From the NCBI GenBank assembly GCA_963677925.2, contig CAXXYH010000003.1, positions 1,792,001 through 1,856,000 on the forward strand: a DNA stretch of 64,000 nucleotides, in the 5' to 3' direction. The position numbers were made by a program, and so were the translations under genes. Under the pieces are notes generated by a model that saw nothing but the letters and a program-made list of their open reading frames with translations, did no database searches and had not been told where the DNA came from. Every line of letters begins with the position of its first letter. Position 1 is the first letter of the stretch. Source of the DNA: Spirochaetia bacterium (lineage in GTDB: Bacteria > Spirochaetota > Spirochaetia > UBA9216). Below are positions 9,597-18,337 of the stretch, in pieces.

Positions 9597-11186
9597 TTAC
9601 ATATTATCAAGCATTGCCTGAAGTTCAACCTTATATTCTGAAAATTCAAGACCTTCAGCGGAGAGAAAATCCCGTATTGTCACACCTGCTGCACCCATCT
9701 TCATTCCTAGTACGGACTCAATCTGCTCCTTGGTAAGTCCCCAGTCAAGCAGATCGCCGAAGGTTGTATTTCCTTTTATTTCACCTGAAATAACTTCATG
9801 CTCTTCGGCTGCAGCCGGTTCTGAAGAAATCTCTGAAGACTCTGCTTCTGCTTCCCCTGATTCCGGAGAAGCTTTCAAAACATCAAGATCAATTGACAGA
9901 GCCTGAAGCGCTTCAATGTCGGCAGGAGCAAGCTTATCCTTAAGAACCTCAATTGCCGATGAGGGAAGTCTTGTGGTCTCTTCTGGAGTATAAGGAAGCC
10001 CCTTATAACGGGAAACAAACAGTCTTACTGAATCAGTTCCTACTTCTGAACCGTCATCAAGCGGAATGTAGATTTCTTCAAAAAGTTTAATCTGGAAGGC
10101 TGCGGGATTTGAGTCCGTTACTCCAAAGGCCTTTGCAAGAACATCTACATCTATACCGAAAGTGTTTTCAATATCACCGAAGGAGTAGGAACCGCGGATA
10201 TCAGCAGGATTGTATTCACCCGAAAATTCACCGTCTGAATATGTAGCCGGAAGCTTCGTAGACTCGGTGATCCACAGATTCGTAGCCATAGTGAGGCCGA
10301 TTCCTACTATAAATGTGGCCGGAACAATGATTGCAAGGATTTTTTCCTTAACCTGACCTTTGGTAATTTTTTTTGCAGCTACGAGTGCTACCGTATCATT
10401 CACGGGGCATGACTGCTCGCTTGTACATTTCATACAGCTTATACACTGATGATTCCTAACTGTTCCGGCTGTTGACACCTCAATATTCATCGGGCAGGCC
10501 TTATCACAGGCACTGCAGCTTATGCAGGTGTCTGCAGCACGTTTGATTCCGAATATACGGAACAGATTCGAAAGGCCGAGAACCGCACCGTAGGGACAGG
10601 CGTATTTACAGAAGGGTCTCTCAACAAAAAGTGAAAGTATTATTGAAACGGCAAGGATAATATATCCCGATATGGCGACCTCACCTGTCCAGAAATTAAA
10701 AAGAGCATAATAGGGATCGTAGTCGGCAAAGATTATCTTTCCAGTTACAGCAGTCATGTAAATAACCCAGGCAAGAACAATGTAGCGCAGGTATCTAAGC
10801 CACCTGTCAAACTTATATGGAATAAAGCGGTTATACTTCTTTTTAAAGATTTTTTTCCCGATTTTTCCGATAAGTTCCTGGACCGTGCCGAAGGGACATA
10901 TCCATCCGCAGAATACCGGACCGAAGGCGACTGCAAGGACAGCAACAATAATCATCAATATGAAGGATGACTCGTGAGTTTTCTTCACAAATGTTCCGCT
11001 GACAGCATACTGGTATATGGAAACAACTCCGCCGAAAGGACATACGGCATGAAGAGAAGCACTTCCTATTATTGGTATGGCTGCTCCGGACTCCTCCAGG
11101 GTGTGATTAACAGCAATAAGAGCTATTAAAACAAGTAAAATAACCTGAATAACAGTTCTGATACTGCTTCTGCGTTTCTTTCCCAT
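9597..11186 (-). CDS. NapH/MauN-like polytopic 4Fe-4S membrane protein with C-terminal extracytoplasmic extension
   Basis: AVCPFGG, FCGWICPFG, FCKYACPYG, CISCSACDKACP, CISCMKCTSEQSCP; several TM helices. Confidence 0.85.
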   Translation of the reverse strand: MGKKRRSSIRTVIQVILLVLIALIAVNHTLEESGAAIPIIGSASLHAVCPFGGVVSIYQYAVSGTFVKKTHESSFILMIIVAVLAVAFGPVFCGWICPFGTVQELIGKIGKKIFKKKYNRFIPYKFDRWLRYLRYIVLAWVIYMTAVTGKIIFADYDPYYALFNFWTGEVAISGYIILAVSIILSLFVERPFCKYACPYGAVLGLSNLFRIFGIKRAADTCISCSACDKACPMNIEVSTAGTVRNHQCISCMKCTSEQSCPVNDTVALVAAKKITKGQVKEKILAIIVPATFIVGIGLTMATNLWITESTKLPATYSDGEFSGEYNPADIRGSYSFGDIENTFGIDVDVLAKAFGVTDSNPAAFQIKLFEEIYIPLDDGSEVGTDSVRLFVSRYKGLPYTPEETTRLPSSAIEVLKDKLAPADIEALQALSIDLDVLKASPESGEAEAESSEISSEPAAAEEHEVISGEIKGNTTFGDLLDWGLTKEQIESVLGMKMGAAGVTIRDFLSAEGLEFSEYKVELQAMLDNM

Positions 11187-11258
11187 ATTAAATCTCCTGT
11201 TCTTTAATGATCTATTGTAAATAGAATAGAAGCAGATTGCAAAAGAAACGGAAGTTTA

Positions 11259-11333
11259 TTGTGAAGATTTCGTGAAGAGGATTTTTTTCATTCTCCCCGA
11301 TCTCTTTTAAACAGCTTCACAATTTCTTCAAAA
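11259..11333. promoter_or_regulatory. Two oppositely oriented direct-repeat boxes (candidate OmpR-family sites) in a divergent promoter
   Basis: TTGTGAAGATTTCGTGAAGA (11259-11278) and CTTCACAATTTCTTCAAAA (11315-11333), each with 11-bp repeat period. Confidence 0.6.
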
Positions 11334-11375
11334 TTGGATTCTACATTTGTTTCATAAGCTTTAGGAGGCTATGAC

Positions 11376-12173
11376 ATGACAAAGAAACTTTTAATTGCAT
11401 TAACAATTCTGGTTGCAGCTACTGCAACTATTTACGCTAACGGTTCACAGGAATACGATGGAACATACGGCAGCGGAAGAGGACAGGGACAGGGCCTCAG
11501 AGACGGCAGCGGCTACGGCGGCGGTCAGGGCGGAGGCGGAGGCTACGGACGCAGCAGCAGCGGAACAACCTACAGGGAAAACTTCGTTGGAGAACTGGCT
11601 ACTGTATATAATGAAAGTATCGGTTCAGGCGTCCTCACTGACGAAGAGGCAGAAGGGCTTGTGCTGATGGCTGAGGAAGAAAAACTTGCCCGTGATGTTT
11701 ACAAGGCACTGTATGAAAAATGGAATATCCCTGTATTCAATAATATAGGCGACAGTGAACAGCAGCACATGGACGCAGTAGTACTTATGCTTGAAGCCTA
11801 TGATGTAGAAGTACCTTCAACGACAGCAACTCCGGGATCATTTCTGAATGCCGATCTTCAGAAACACTATGATGACCTCGTAGCACTCGGCTCAAAGTCA
11901 TTTGAAGATGCGCTCATGGTTGGAGCTACAATAGAAGATCTTGATATTGCCGACCTGCAGAAACTTCTTGAGAACACAGAGAACGAAGAAGTAGCAATTC
12001 TGTACCAGAATCTGATGAAGGGTTCAAGAAATCATATGAGATCATTCACCGCACAGCTTGAAAGATACGATGAAGAATATGAACCGGTATTCATAACCGA
12101 GGAATACTTCGAAAAAATCCTTAAATACAACAGGGAAATGGCGCCGATTGCCAATCCTGACTATTCACTTTAA
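11376..12173 (+). CDS. Exported DUF2202-type ferritin-like protein with Gly-rich linker
   Basis: Signal peptide then ANGSQE; EEEKLARDVY, SEQQHMDAV, IEDLDIADL, GSRNHMRSF di-iron-type motifs; AGGAGG SD. Confidence 0.85.
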   Translation: MTKKLLIALTILVAATATIYANGSQEYDGTYGSGRGQGQGLRDGSGYGGGQGGGGGYGRSSSGTTYRENFVGELATVYNESIGSGVLTDEEAEGLVLMAEEEKLARDVYKALYEKWNIPVFNNIGDSEQQHMDAVVLMLEAYDVEVPSTTATPGSFLNADLQKHYDDLVALGSKSFEDALMVGATIEDLDIADLQKLLENTENEEVAILYQNLMKGSRNHMRSFTAQLERYDEEYEPVFITEEYFEKILKYNREMAPIANPDYSL

Positions 12174-12212
12174 ACAGATAAGAGGGCAAACCCGACCATC
12201 TGCTTAAAAACA

Positions 12213-12253
12213 AAAAAGCCTGCTGGAGCTTAAACCTCCGGCAGGCTTTTTTT
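12213..12253. terminator. Bidirectional intrinsic terminator
   Basis: AAAAAAGCCTGCTGGAG-cttaaac-CTCCGGCAGGCTTTTTTT. Confidence 0.9.
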
Positions 12254-12286
12254 ATTGCCGGATTATTCTCACGGGAAGATACCGAT

Positions 12287-14227
12287 TTAAAGATCCAGAG
12301 CTGCGTGGTATCCAAGATATACAGCGTTTGTTATATTTGACGGCCTTACACAGTCGCCGATGCACCTGACAAATGGAGCAGCATCAAGATAATCCATAGT
12401 ATTTCTCGACTTCTGCCCTACTGCACAGATAACAGTCTTTCCTTCAACAAGAATTTTTTCACCATCCCTGTTTTCACAAAAGACACCGTCCTCAGTAATT
12501 TCAACCGCACGCATTCCGGTATAGGCCGAAACCTTTTGCTCTATTTCCTGGAGGAGCAGAGGTCTGTGCCTGACATTCGAATCTTTCGCAAGCTCCTCCT
12601 GCATCTCGATAAGACTGACTTTTCTGCCTTCATTTGCAAGATGTACAGACAATTCAGCTCCGGAAAGTCCGCCGCCGATTATTACAGCGCTCTCCGCAAC
12701 TGAATCCTGCATTCTGTGATAATCATTCACAACCATCACATTCTCACCATCGATTCCGGGAATCGGCGGAATAACCGGCTCTGAACCTATCGCAAGAATT
12801 ACCGCATCAACAGCCTCGTTCTCGGCATATTCAGAGCTGAATTTAGTATTCAGGCGGATATCAACTCCTTCCTTACGGGCTATTCGTTCCATTGTTTTAC
12901 CAAGTTCATACATTTCCCGCTTAAAGGGAATAGCGCTTTCACAGTTAAGAATACCGCCTGCCTCATTCTGTTCTTCAACAAGAATCACCCTGTGACCGCG
13001 GCGTGCAGCGGTTATTGCCGCTCTTAGACCTCCGGGACCGGCACCGGCAATCATAACCTTGAGCGGATGAATAGCGCGGTGAATCTCAATTCCTGCGACC
13101 TCACGTCCGATAAGGGGGTTAATTGCGCAGCGCCTTGTAGTTGTGGTTGCCCTTTCAGCCATGCAGACAAAACACCTCAGACAGTGCAGAATTTCGTCAT
13201 CACGGTTCATAAGAACTTTTCTCGGAAGCTCATGATCAGCAAGCAGAGCCCTGGCCATCTCAACTACATCAGCCTTTCCGGAGGCTATAATTTCTTCCAT
13301 CATCTCAGGATGATTGAGACCTCCAATAGTCGCTACCGGAACCTTTACATGCTTCTTGATTGCAGCTGCAAGATAAACGTTGTTACCGTGCGGAATAAAC
13401 ATTGAAGGATGAGTTATACCGAAACCGGTCTGATACGTACCAGCCGATACATGAAGCAGGTCGATATCATCTTCAAGCAGCTTTGCAATTTCAATGCCCT
13501 CATTAAGATTATAACCGCCTTTAAAAAGTTCAGAACCGCTGAACCGGAACTCTATGGGAAAGCCCGGACCGACATTGGCCCTCACACTTGCAAGAACCTC
13601 CTTTGCAAACCGGACCCTGTTTTCCAGAGTTCCGCCGTATTCATCCTTTCTGCGGTTGAAAAACGGAGAAAAAAACTGGTTTATAAGCCAGCCGTGTCCG
13701 CCATGGACCATTATCATCTGGAAACCCGCACGCTTTGCAAGTGCAGCGCTGTCTCCATAAGCTTTTACAATTTCATCGATCATCTCTTTTGAGAGCTCTT
13801 TGATAGGCACACCGTCTTTGCGGACACCCTCACTAGGGCCGTACTGATGGAGCTGGAGCTTACTGTCCTTGTCCGCCATATAGGTCCCCGAGTACTGTCC
13901 CGAATGTGAAAGCTCAACACTCGGTACAGCCCCGTGTCGTCTTATAGAATCGGCAGTATGGGCAAAACCATACAATGCTCCCGGAATCTTTAAATCAAGA
14001 TGATATGCATGAGAGCCGTCTGTCTCGGGGTGGACCATCAGCTCACTGACTGTAACAGCGGCGGCACCACCCTTGGCTCTAAGTTCATAAAAGGCAGTCG
14101 AATCCTGCCCGATTACACCGTCAGCGGTAATGTGAGTTCCGCCCATTGGTGCAGAAAACATTCTGTTGCGGAAGACTACATTACCGATTTTGACAGGCTG
14201 GCTTAAGTTGGGATATTTTCGTTTCAT
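12287..14227 (-). CDS. NADH:flavin oxidoreductase (Old Yellow Enzyme TIM barrel + 4Fe-4S + FAD/NAD domains; FadH/BaiH-like)
   Basis: RNRMFSAPM, VHGGHGWLINQF, NRRKDEYGG, CLRCFVC..CAINP, IAGAGPGG, IIGGGLSG. Confidence 0.92.
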   Translation of the reverse strand: MKRKYPNLSQPVKIGNVVFRNRMFSAPMGGTHITADGVIGQDSTAFYELRAKGGAAAVTVSELMVHPETDGSHAYHLDLKIPGALYGFAHTADSIRRHGAVPSVELSHSGQYSGTYMADKDSKLQLHQYGPSEGVRKDGVPIKELSKEMIDEIVKAYGDSAALAKRAGFQMIMVHGGHGWLINQFFSPFFNRRKDEYGGTLENRVRFAKEVLASVRANVGPGFPIEFRFSGSELFKGGYNLNEGIEIAKLLEDDIDLLHVSAGTYQTGFGITHPSMFIPHGNNVYLAAAIKKHVKVPVATIGGLNHPEMMEEIIASGKADVVEMARALLADHELPRKVLMNRDDEILHCLRCFVCMAERATTTTRRCAINPLIGREVAGIEIHRAIHPLKVMIAGAGPGGLRAAITAARRGHRVILVEEQNEAGGILNCESAIPFKREMYELGKTMERIARKEGVDIRLNTKFSSEYAENEAVDAVILAIGSEPVIPPIPGIDGENVMVVNDYHRMQDSVAESAVIIGGGLSGAELSVHLANEGRKVSLIEMQEELAKDSNVRHRPLLLQEIEQKVSAYTGMRAVEITEDGVFCENRDGEKILVEGKTVICAVGQKSRNTMDYLDAAPFVRCIGDCVRPSNITNAVYLGYHAALDL

Positions 14228-14343
14228 AGTACTCCTCGGAAAATGAGGTACTATTTATCGATAAATTTATCAATATATTTCATCGAACAGATTCTGTATT
14301 TTTACCCGTAAATCAAAAACTGATATTTAAATGTCAGGTTTCG

Positions 14344-15774
14344 TCACCTCAGACTAAAGCCGCCGATCTTCAAATCAAGGTATTCCTGAATACCTTCAGG
14401 GCCTCCTTCCCTTCCAAGACCGCTCTCTTTAACACCTCCGAACGGCACAGCAACGGCAGTAGGATTGATATCATTAATACCGATAATACCGAATCGAAGC
14501 TGTTCGAAGTATTTCATTGCAGTATTGAGATTCTGAGTGTAGACGTATGAGGCAAGTCCGTAATCAGTATCGTTAGCCATCGTCATAAGGTCGGCATCAT
14601 CTGAATATTCAATTATCGGAGCTACCGGCCCGAAAGTCTCCTCCCTGTAGATAAGCATATCTGGTGTAACACCCTTTAACACAGTGGGGGCAAAGAAGAA
14701 GCCCTTATCAAGCCCCCCATCGGTGAGTCGAGCTCCTCCCGCAAGGCATTCAGCGCCCTTTGAAAGAGCGTCTTTGACCTGATTTTCAACCTTTGCAACG
14801 GCCCTGTCATTAACTAACGGGCCGATACTTATTCCCGCATCAAGTCCGCTGCCCGCCTTCATTTTCTGAACCCTGCCGGTAAATTCGTTTACAAAGGCAT
14901 CCATCTGGTCTTTGTGAACATAAAACCGGTTAGGGCTGATGCAGGCCTGCCCGGTATTAAGAAATTTGACAAGAACAGCACCCTTTACCGCCTGAACAGG
15001 GTCGGCGTCCCTGCATACAATAAACGGGGCGTGCCCGCCAAGCTCAAAGGAGGTCCGCTTCATCCGGGCGGCTGCACGGCCTGCAATCATCTTTCCCACA
15101 TCAGTTGAACCGGTGAAGGTTATTTTACGGACTCTCGGATCATCAATAAGGACATCTCCGATTGGACCGGGATTCATTCCGGTAACAAGGTTCAGAACTC
15201 CAGGCGGAAGTTCCGCTTCCTCAAATATTTTAAACATCTCTACTGCACACAGAGGCGTTGCCTCTGCCGGTTTCACAACCATGCTACATCCGGCGGCAAT
15301 AGCCGGAGCGGCCTTTCTTGTAATCATTGACATGGGATAATTCCACGGAGTAATTGCCGCGGTAACACCGACAGGCTGGTAGCCGGTCATAAAGCGCTGG
15401 TCTGCCCTGGGGGCAGGAATTGTCCGTCCGTAGACGCGCTTAACTTCTTCGGCATACCAGAGCATAAAATCAGCTGCATACTGAACTTCATTTGCTGAAG
15501 CCTTTAAGGGTTTTCCCTGCTCAATGGTCATTGTTCTGGCCAGCTCAGCCTTCTTATCCATCATCAGTTCATAAATCCGGTATAGATATTTTGATTTTTC
15601 ATAGGCCGTGGTCTTCGACCATGTTTCAAAGGCCGCTTCGGCTGCATCAACAGCAGCAAGAGTATCAGCACTTCCTCCATCAGGGAGCTCTGCGACAGCC
15701 TCGCCGGTAGCCGGGTTATATGATGTAAAGACAGCACCGCTTACTGCATCAGTCCATTTTCCGTTAATAAACAT
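14344..15774 (-). CDS. gabD: NAD(P)-dependent succinate-semialdehyde dehydrogenase (start revised to MFINGKW)
   Basis: ITPWNYP, KPAEATP, FTGSTDVG, ELGGHAP, GQACIS, EETFGP, PFGGVKESGLGREG; GGAGGT SD before ATG at 15774. Confidence 0.85.
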   Translation of the reverse strand: MFINGKWTDAVSGAVFTSYNPATGEAVAELPDGGSADTLAAVDAAEAAFETWSKTTAYEKSKYLYRIYELMMDKKAELARTMTIEQGKPLKASANEVQYAADFMLWYAEEVKRVYGRTIPAPRADQRFMTGYQPVGVTAAITPWNYPMSMITRKAAPAIAAGCSMVVKPAEATPLCAVEMFKIFEEAELPPGVLNLVTGMNPGPIGDVLIDDPRVRKITFTGSTDVGKMIAGRAAARMKRTSFELGGHAPFIVCRDADPVQAVKGAVLVKFLNTGQACISPNRFYVHKDQMDAFVNEFTGRVQKMKAGSGLDAGISIGPLVNDRAVAKVENQVKDALSKGAECLAGGARLTDGGLDKGFFFAPTVLKGVTPDMLIYREETFGPVAPIIEYSDDADLMTMANDTDYGLASYVYTQNLNTAMKYFEQLRFGIIGINDINPTAVAVPFGGVKESGLGREGGPEGIQEYLDLKIGGFSLR

Positions 15775-15829
15775 AAGACCTCCGGTATTGTTCCAATTTA
15801 TCCGTATATATATTAATATCTTAGCAGAT

Positions 15830-16972
15830 ATGAGTACAGTATGGCAGAAAAAGAATTTAAACCGGGCAGAGCTTAAGACCGATATTGCAGCAATTCTTGA
15901 TGCATCTAAAGCCTGCGGATGGCTTGGAGAAAAATCGGCACCGGTACTGCTCAAACCGAATCTTGTCGTAAGCAAACCGGCCGCCGGAGGAGCAACAACA
16001 CACCCCGAGATAGCTGCGGCTCTTATAGAATATCTTAGCGACAAAGGATACACAGACATCAGGATTGCTGAAGGCTCATGGGTAGGTGATTCCACACAGA
16101 AAGCTTACAAGACCTGCGGATACACCGATCTTCAGAAAAGGTATGGAACAGAACTAATCGATCTTCAGAAGGACGGCGCAGTGCCTGTAGAAATTATGGG
16201 AGAGCAGTATAAAATTTGCCGAAGCATAGCAGATCTCAAGAATAACGGAGGCAGTCTTATAAACCTTCCGGTTTTAAAGGGTCACGGACAGACAAGGGTG
16301 ACATGCGCGCTAAAGAATCTGAAAGGCTGCATTCCCAACTCTGAAAAACGCAGATACCATACTCTCGGTGTCCACCAGCCTGTAGCCCTGCTGAATACTG
16401 TCATAAAACCGGCCTTCGCTCTGGTAGACGGCCTTAACGGTGACCCCTACTGGGAAGAGGGCGGCTCTCCTGAAAAGCGGGACCTGCTTCTATTAGGCCG
16501 GGATCCGGTTTCAATTGACAGTTATGCCTGCATGCTGCTGGGCGTAGAACCTTCAGATATAAAATATATCCGAATCGCAGGTGAGCTTGGGATAGGAAAT
16601 AATATAGGCATAGAGACCGACGTAATTAATCTTGACGGCACTTCCTCTGCGAAGAAGATGAAGCCTGCCGGGTCAGCTGAGGCAGAAAAGATAATTGACT
16701 GGATTGAACAGATTACAGATCAGCGCTCGGCATGTTCAGCCTGTTTCGGTAATCTTGCCACAGCCCTTCGTTCATTTCATAATTCCGACAGAAAAGCAGC
16801 GGAGGCAATCGCTGAAAAATCCATCTGCATAGGACAGGATTTCAGAGGCAGCGAAATAACCAGCAGCCTGATTGGTGTAGGTAAATGTGTAAAGGGCGGA
16901 TTTGAAATCAAAGGATGCCCGCCGTCCGAACGGACAATCCTTGAGGCTCTTGAAAGTCTTTTTGCCAAATAA
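15830..16972 (+). CDS. DUF362 Fe-S protein (start revised to MSTVWQK)
   Basis: VLLKPNLV, GATTHP, INLPVLKGH, ALKNLKG, DPVSID; C-terminal CSAC..GKC..GCPP. Confidence 0.82.
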   Translation: MSTVWQKKNLNRAELKTDIAAILDASKACGWLGEKSAPVLLKPNLVVSKPAAGGATTHPEIAAALIEYLSDKGYTDIRIAEGSWVGDSTQKAYKTCGYTDLQKRYGTELIDLQKDGAVPVEIMGEQYKICRSIADLKNNGGSLINLPVLKGHGQTRVTCALKNLKGCIPNSEKRRYHTLGVHQPVALLNTVIKPAFALVDGLNGDPYWEEGGSPEKRDLLLLGRDPVSIDSYACMLLGVEPSDIKYIRIAGELGIGNNIGIETDVINLDGTSSAKKMKPAGSAEAEKIIDWIEQITDQRSACSACFGNLATALRSFHNSDRKAAEAIAEKSICIGQDFRGSEITSSLIGVGKCVKGGFEIKGCPPSERTILEALESLFAK

Positions 16973-17008
16973 AAAAGAGCCGGCTGGAATTACATCCCGA
17001 CCGGCTCC
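16972..17008. terminator. Terminator between convergent genes
   Basis: A-run followed by GAGCCGG...CCGGCTC hairpin. Confidence 0.7.
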
Positions 17009-17047
17009 TGATAATTATTTCCGAAAAAGTATTAATTTGAAGCTCTG

Positions 17048-18331
17048 CTAATCCCAGTATTTTTTCATTCTCGAGCGCAGCTCTTCCCGGTAGGCATCCC
17101 AGTCAGTTATCGGCTCACGTGCGTGACCTTCTTCACAGGCTGCCCTGGCTACGGCTATGGCCTCCCACTCAATGACTCTTGGGTCAAAGGGTTTGGGAAC
17201 AATGTATTCCCTTCCGAATGTAAAATCCCGTCCGTAGGCTTTTCTAACCTCATCAGTCACAGGCTCCCGAGCCAGAAGCGCAAGAGCTTTTGCCGCTGCC
17301 ATCTTCATGCCTTCAGAGATGGCAATTGATTTAACATCAAGTGCGCCCCTGAAAATAAAGGGAAACCCAAGGACATTGTTCACCTGGTTGGGAAAGTCGC
17401 TTCGGCCTGTCGCCATAATTACGTCGGATCGTGTTTCCGTTGCAAGCTCATATGTTATTTCAGGGTTCGGATTAGCCATAGCAAAAACTATAGGGTCCTT
17501 TGCCATTGAAAGAAGCATCTCAGGACTCACACAGCCCTCGGTTGAAAGACCGACAAAAACATCGGCACCGTTCATCGCGTCAGAAAGACTTCTTGCATCC
17601 GTCTCAACAGCAAATTCAGCCTTCTGCTCGGTCATCTTCTCATCACGGCCTTTATATATAACCCCGCGGCTGTCGCACATAAGCAGATTTTCTTTTGAAA
17701 CCCCTGCGGCTATAAACATTCTGGCACAGCTTATTCCTGCAGCTCCCGCTCCGTTGAAAACAACCTTCATTTCTGAAATCCGTTTTCCCGCAACTTCCGC
17801 TGCGTTGATCATTCCGGCAGTGCAGATTATTGCAGTTCCGTGCTGGTCATCATGAAAAACCGGAATATCGCAGATCTCTTTGAGCGACTTTTCAATTTTA
17901 AAGCATTCAGGAGCTTTAATATCTTCGAGGTTGATTCCTCCGAAGGTCGGCGACATTGCCTTTACAATTCGTATCAGTTCATCAGGGTCCTGAGTATCGA
18001 GTTCGATATCAAAGACATCGATATCGGCAAATCTCTTAAAAAGAACCCCCTTACCTTCCATTACAGGTTTTGAAGCAAGGCCGCCCCTGTTGCCAAGGCC
18101 CAGAATTGCCGTACCGTTGGAGATAACCCCGACCAGGTTGCCTTTTGCAGTGTACTTATATGCGTTAGCCGGATTTTCGGCAATCTCAAGTACAGGCTTG
18201 GCAACACCCGGTGTATACGCGAGTGAAAGGTCGTCTGCCGTCATGCAGGGCTTGGTGGCGCAAACCTCAATCTTGCCGGGTTTGCCGTTCATACTGTGAT
18301 ATTCAAGTGCTTTCTTTGTCAGTTCATCCAT
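17048..18331 (-). CDS. Malic enzyme (MaeB-type catalytic part, no PTA domain)
   Basis: [67 protein letters not shown]. Confidence 0.95.
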   Translation of the reverse strand: MDELTKKALEYHSMNGKPGKIEVCATKPCMTADDLSLAYTPGVAKPVLEIAENPANAYKYTAKGNLVGVISNGTAILGLGNRGGLASKPVMEGKGVLFKRFADIDVFDIELDTQDPDELIRIVKAMSPTFGGINLEDIKAPECFKIEKSLKEICDIPVFHDDQHGTAIICTAGMINAAEVAGKRISEMKVVFNGAGAAGISCARMFIAAGVSKENLLMCDSRGVIYKGRDEKMTEQKAEFAVETDARSLSDAMNGADVFVGLSTEGCVSPEMLLSMAKDPIVFAMANPNPEITYELATETRSDVIMATGRSDFPNQVNNVLGFPFIFRGALDVKSIAISEGMKMAAAKALALLAREPVTDEVRKAYGRDFTFGREYIVPKPFDPRVIEWEAIAVARAACEEGHAREPITDWDAYREELRSRMKKYWD

Positions 18332-18337
18332 ACTAAA

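Noticed and set aside
11259-11276. TTGTGAA as a Rex box
   Set aside because: It is part of a direct repeat, not the TTGTGAA-N4-TTCACAA palindrome; an OmpR-type site fits better
11465-11565. GGC/GGA-rich repeats as a CRISPR or VNTR
   Set aside because: They encode the Gly-rich linker of the DUF2202 protein; no repeat-spacer structure
15608-16095. Apparent 490-bp head-to-head overlap of the gabD (583 aa) and DUF362 (454 aa) ORFs
   Set aside because: Both are over-extended ORF calls. Family-typical starts at 15774 (with SD) and 15830 leave a normal 55-bp divergent gap.
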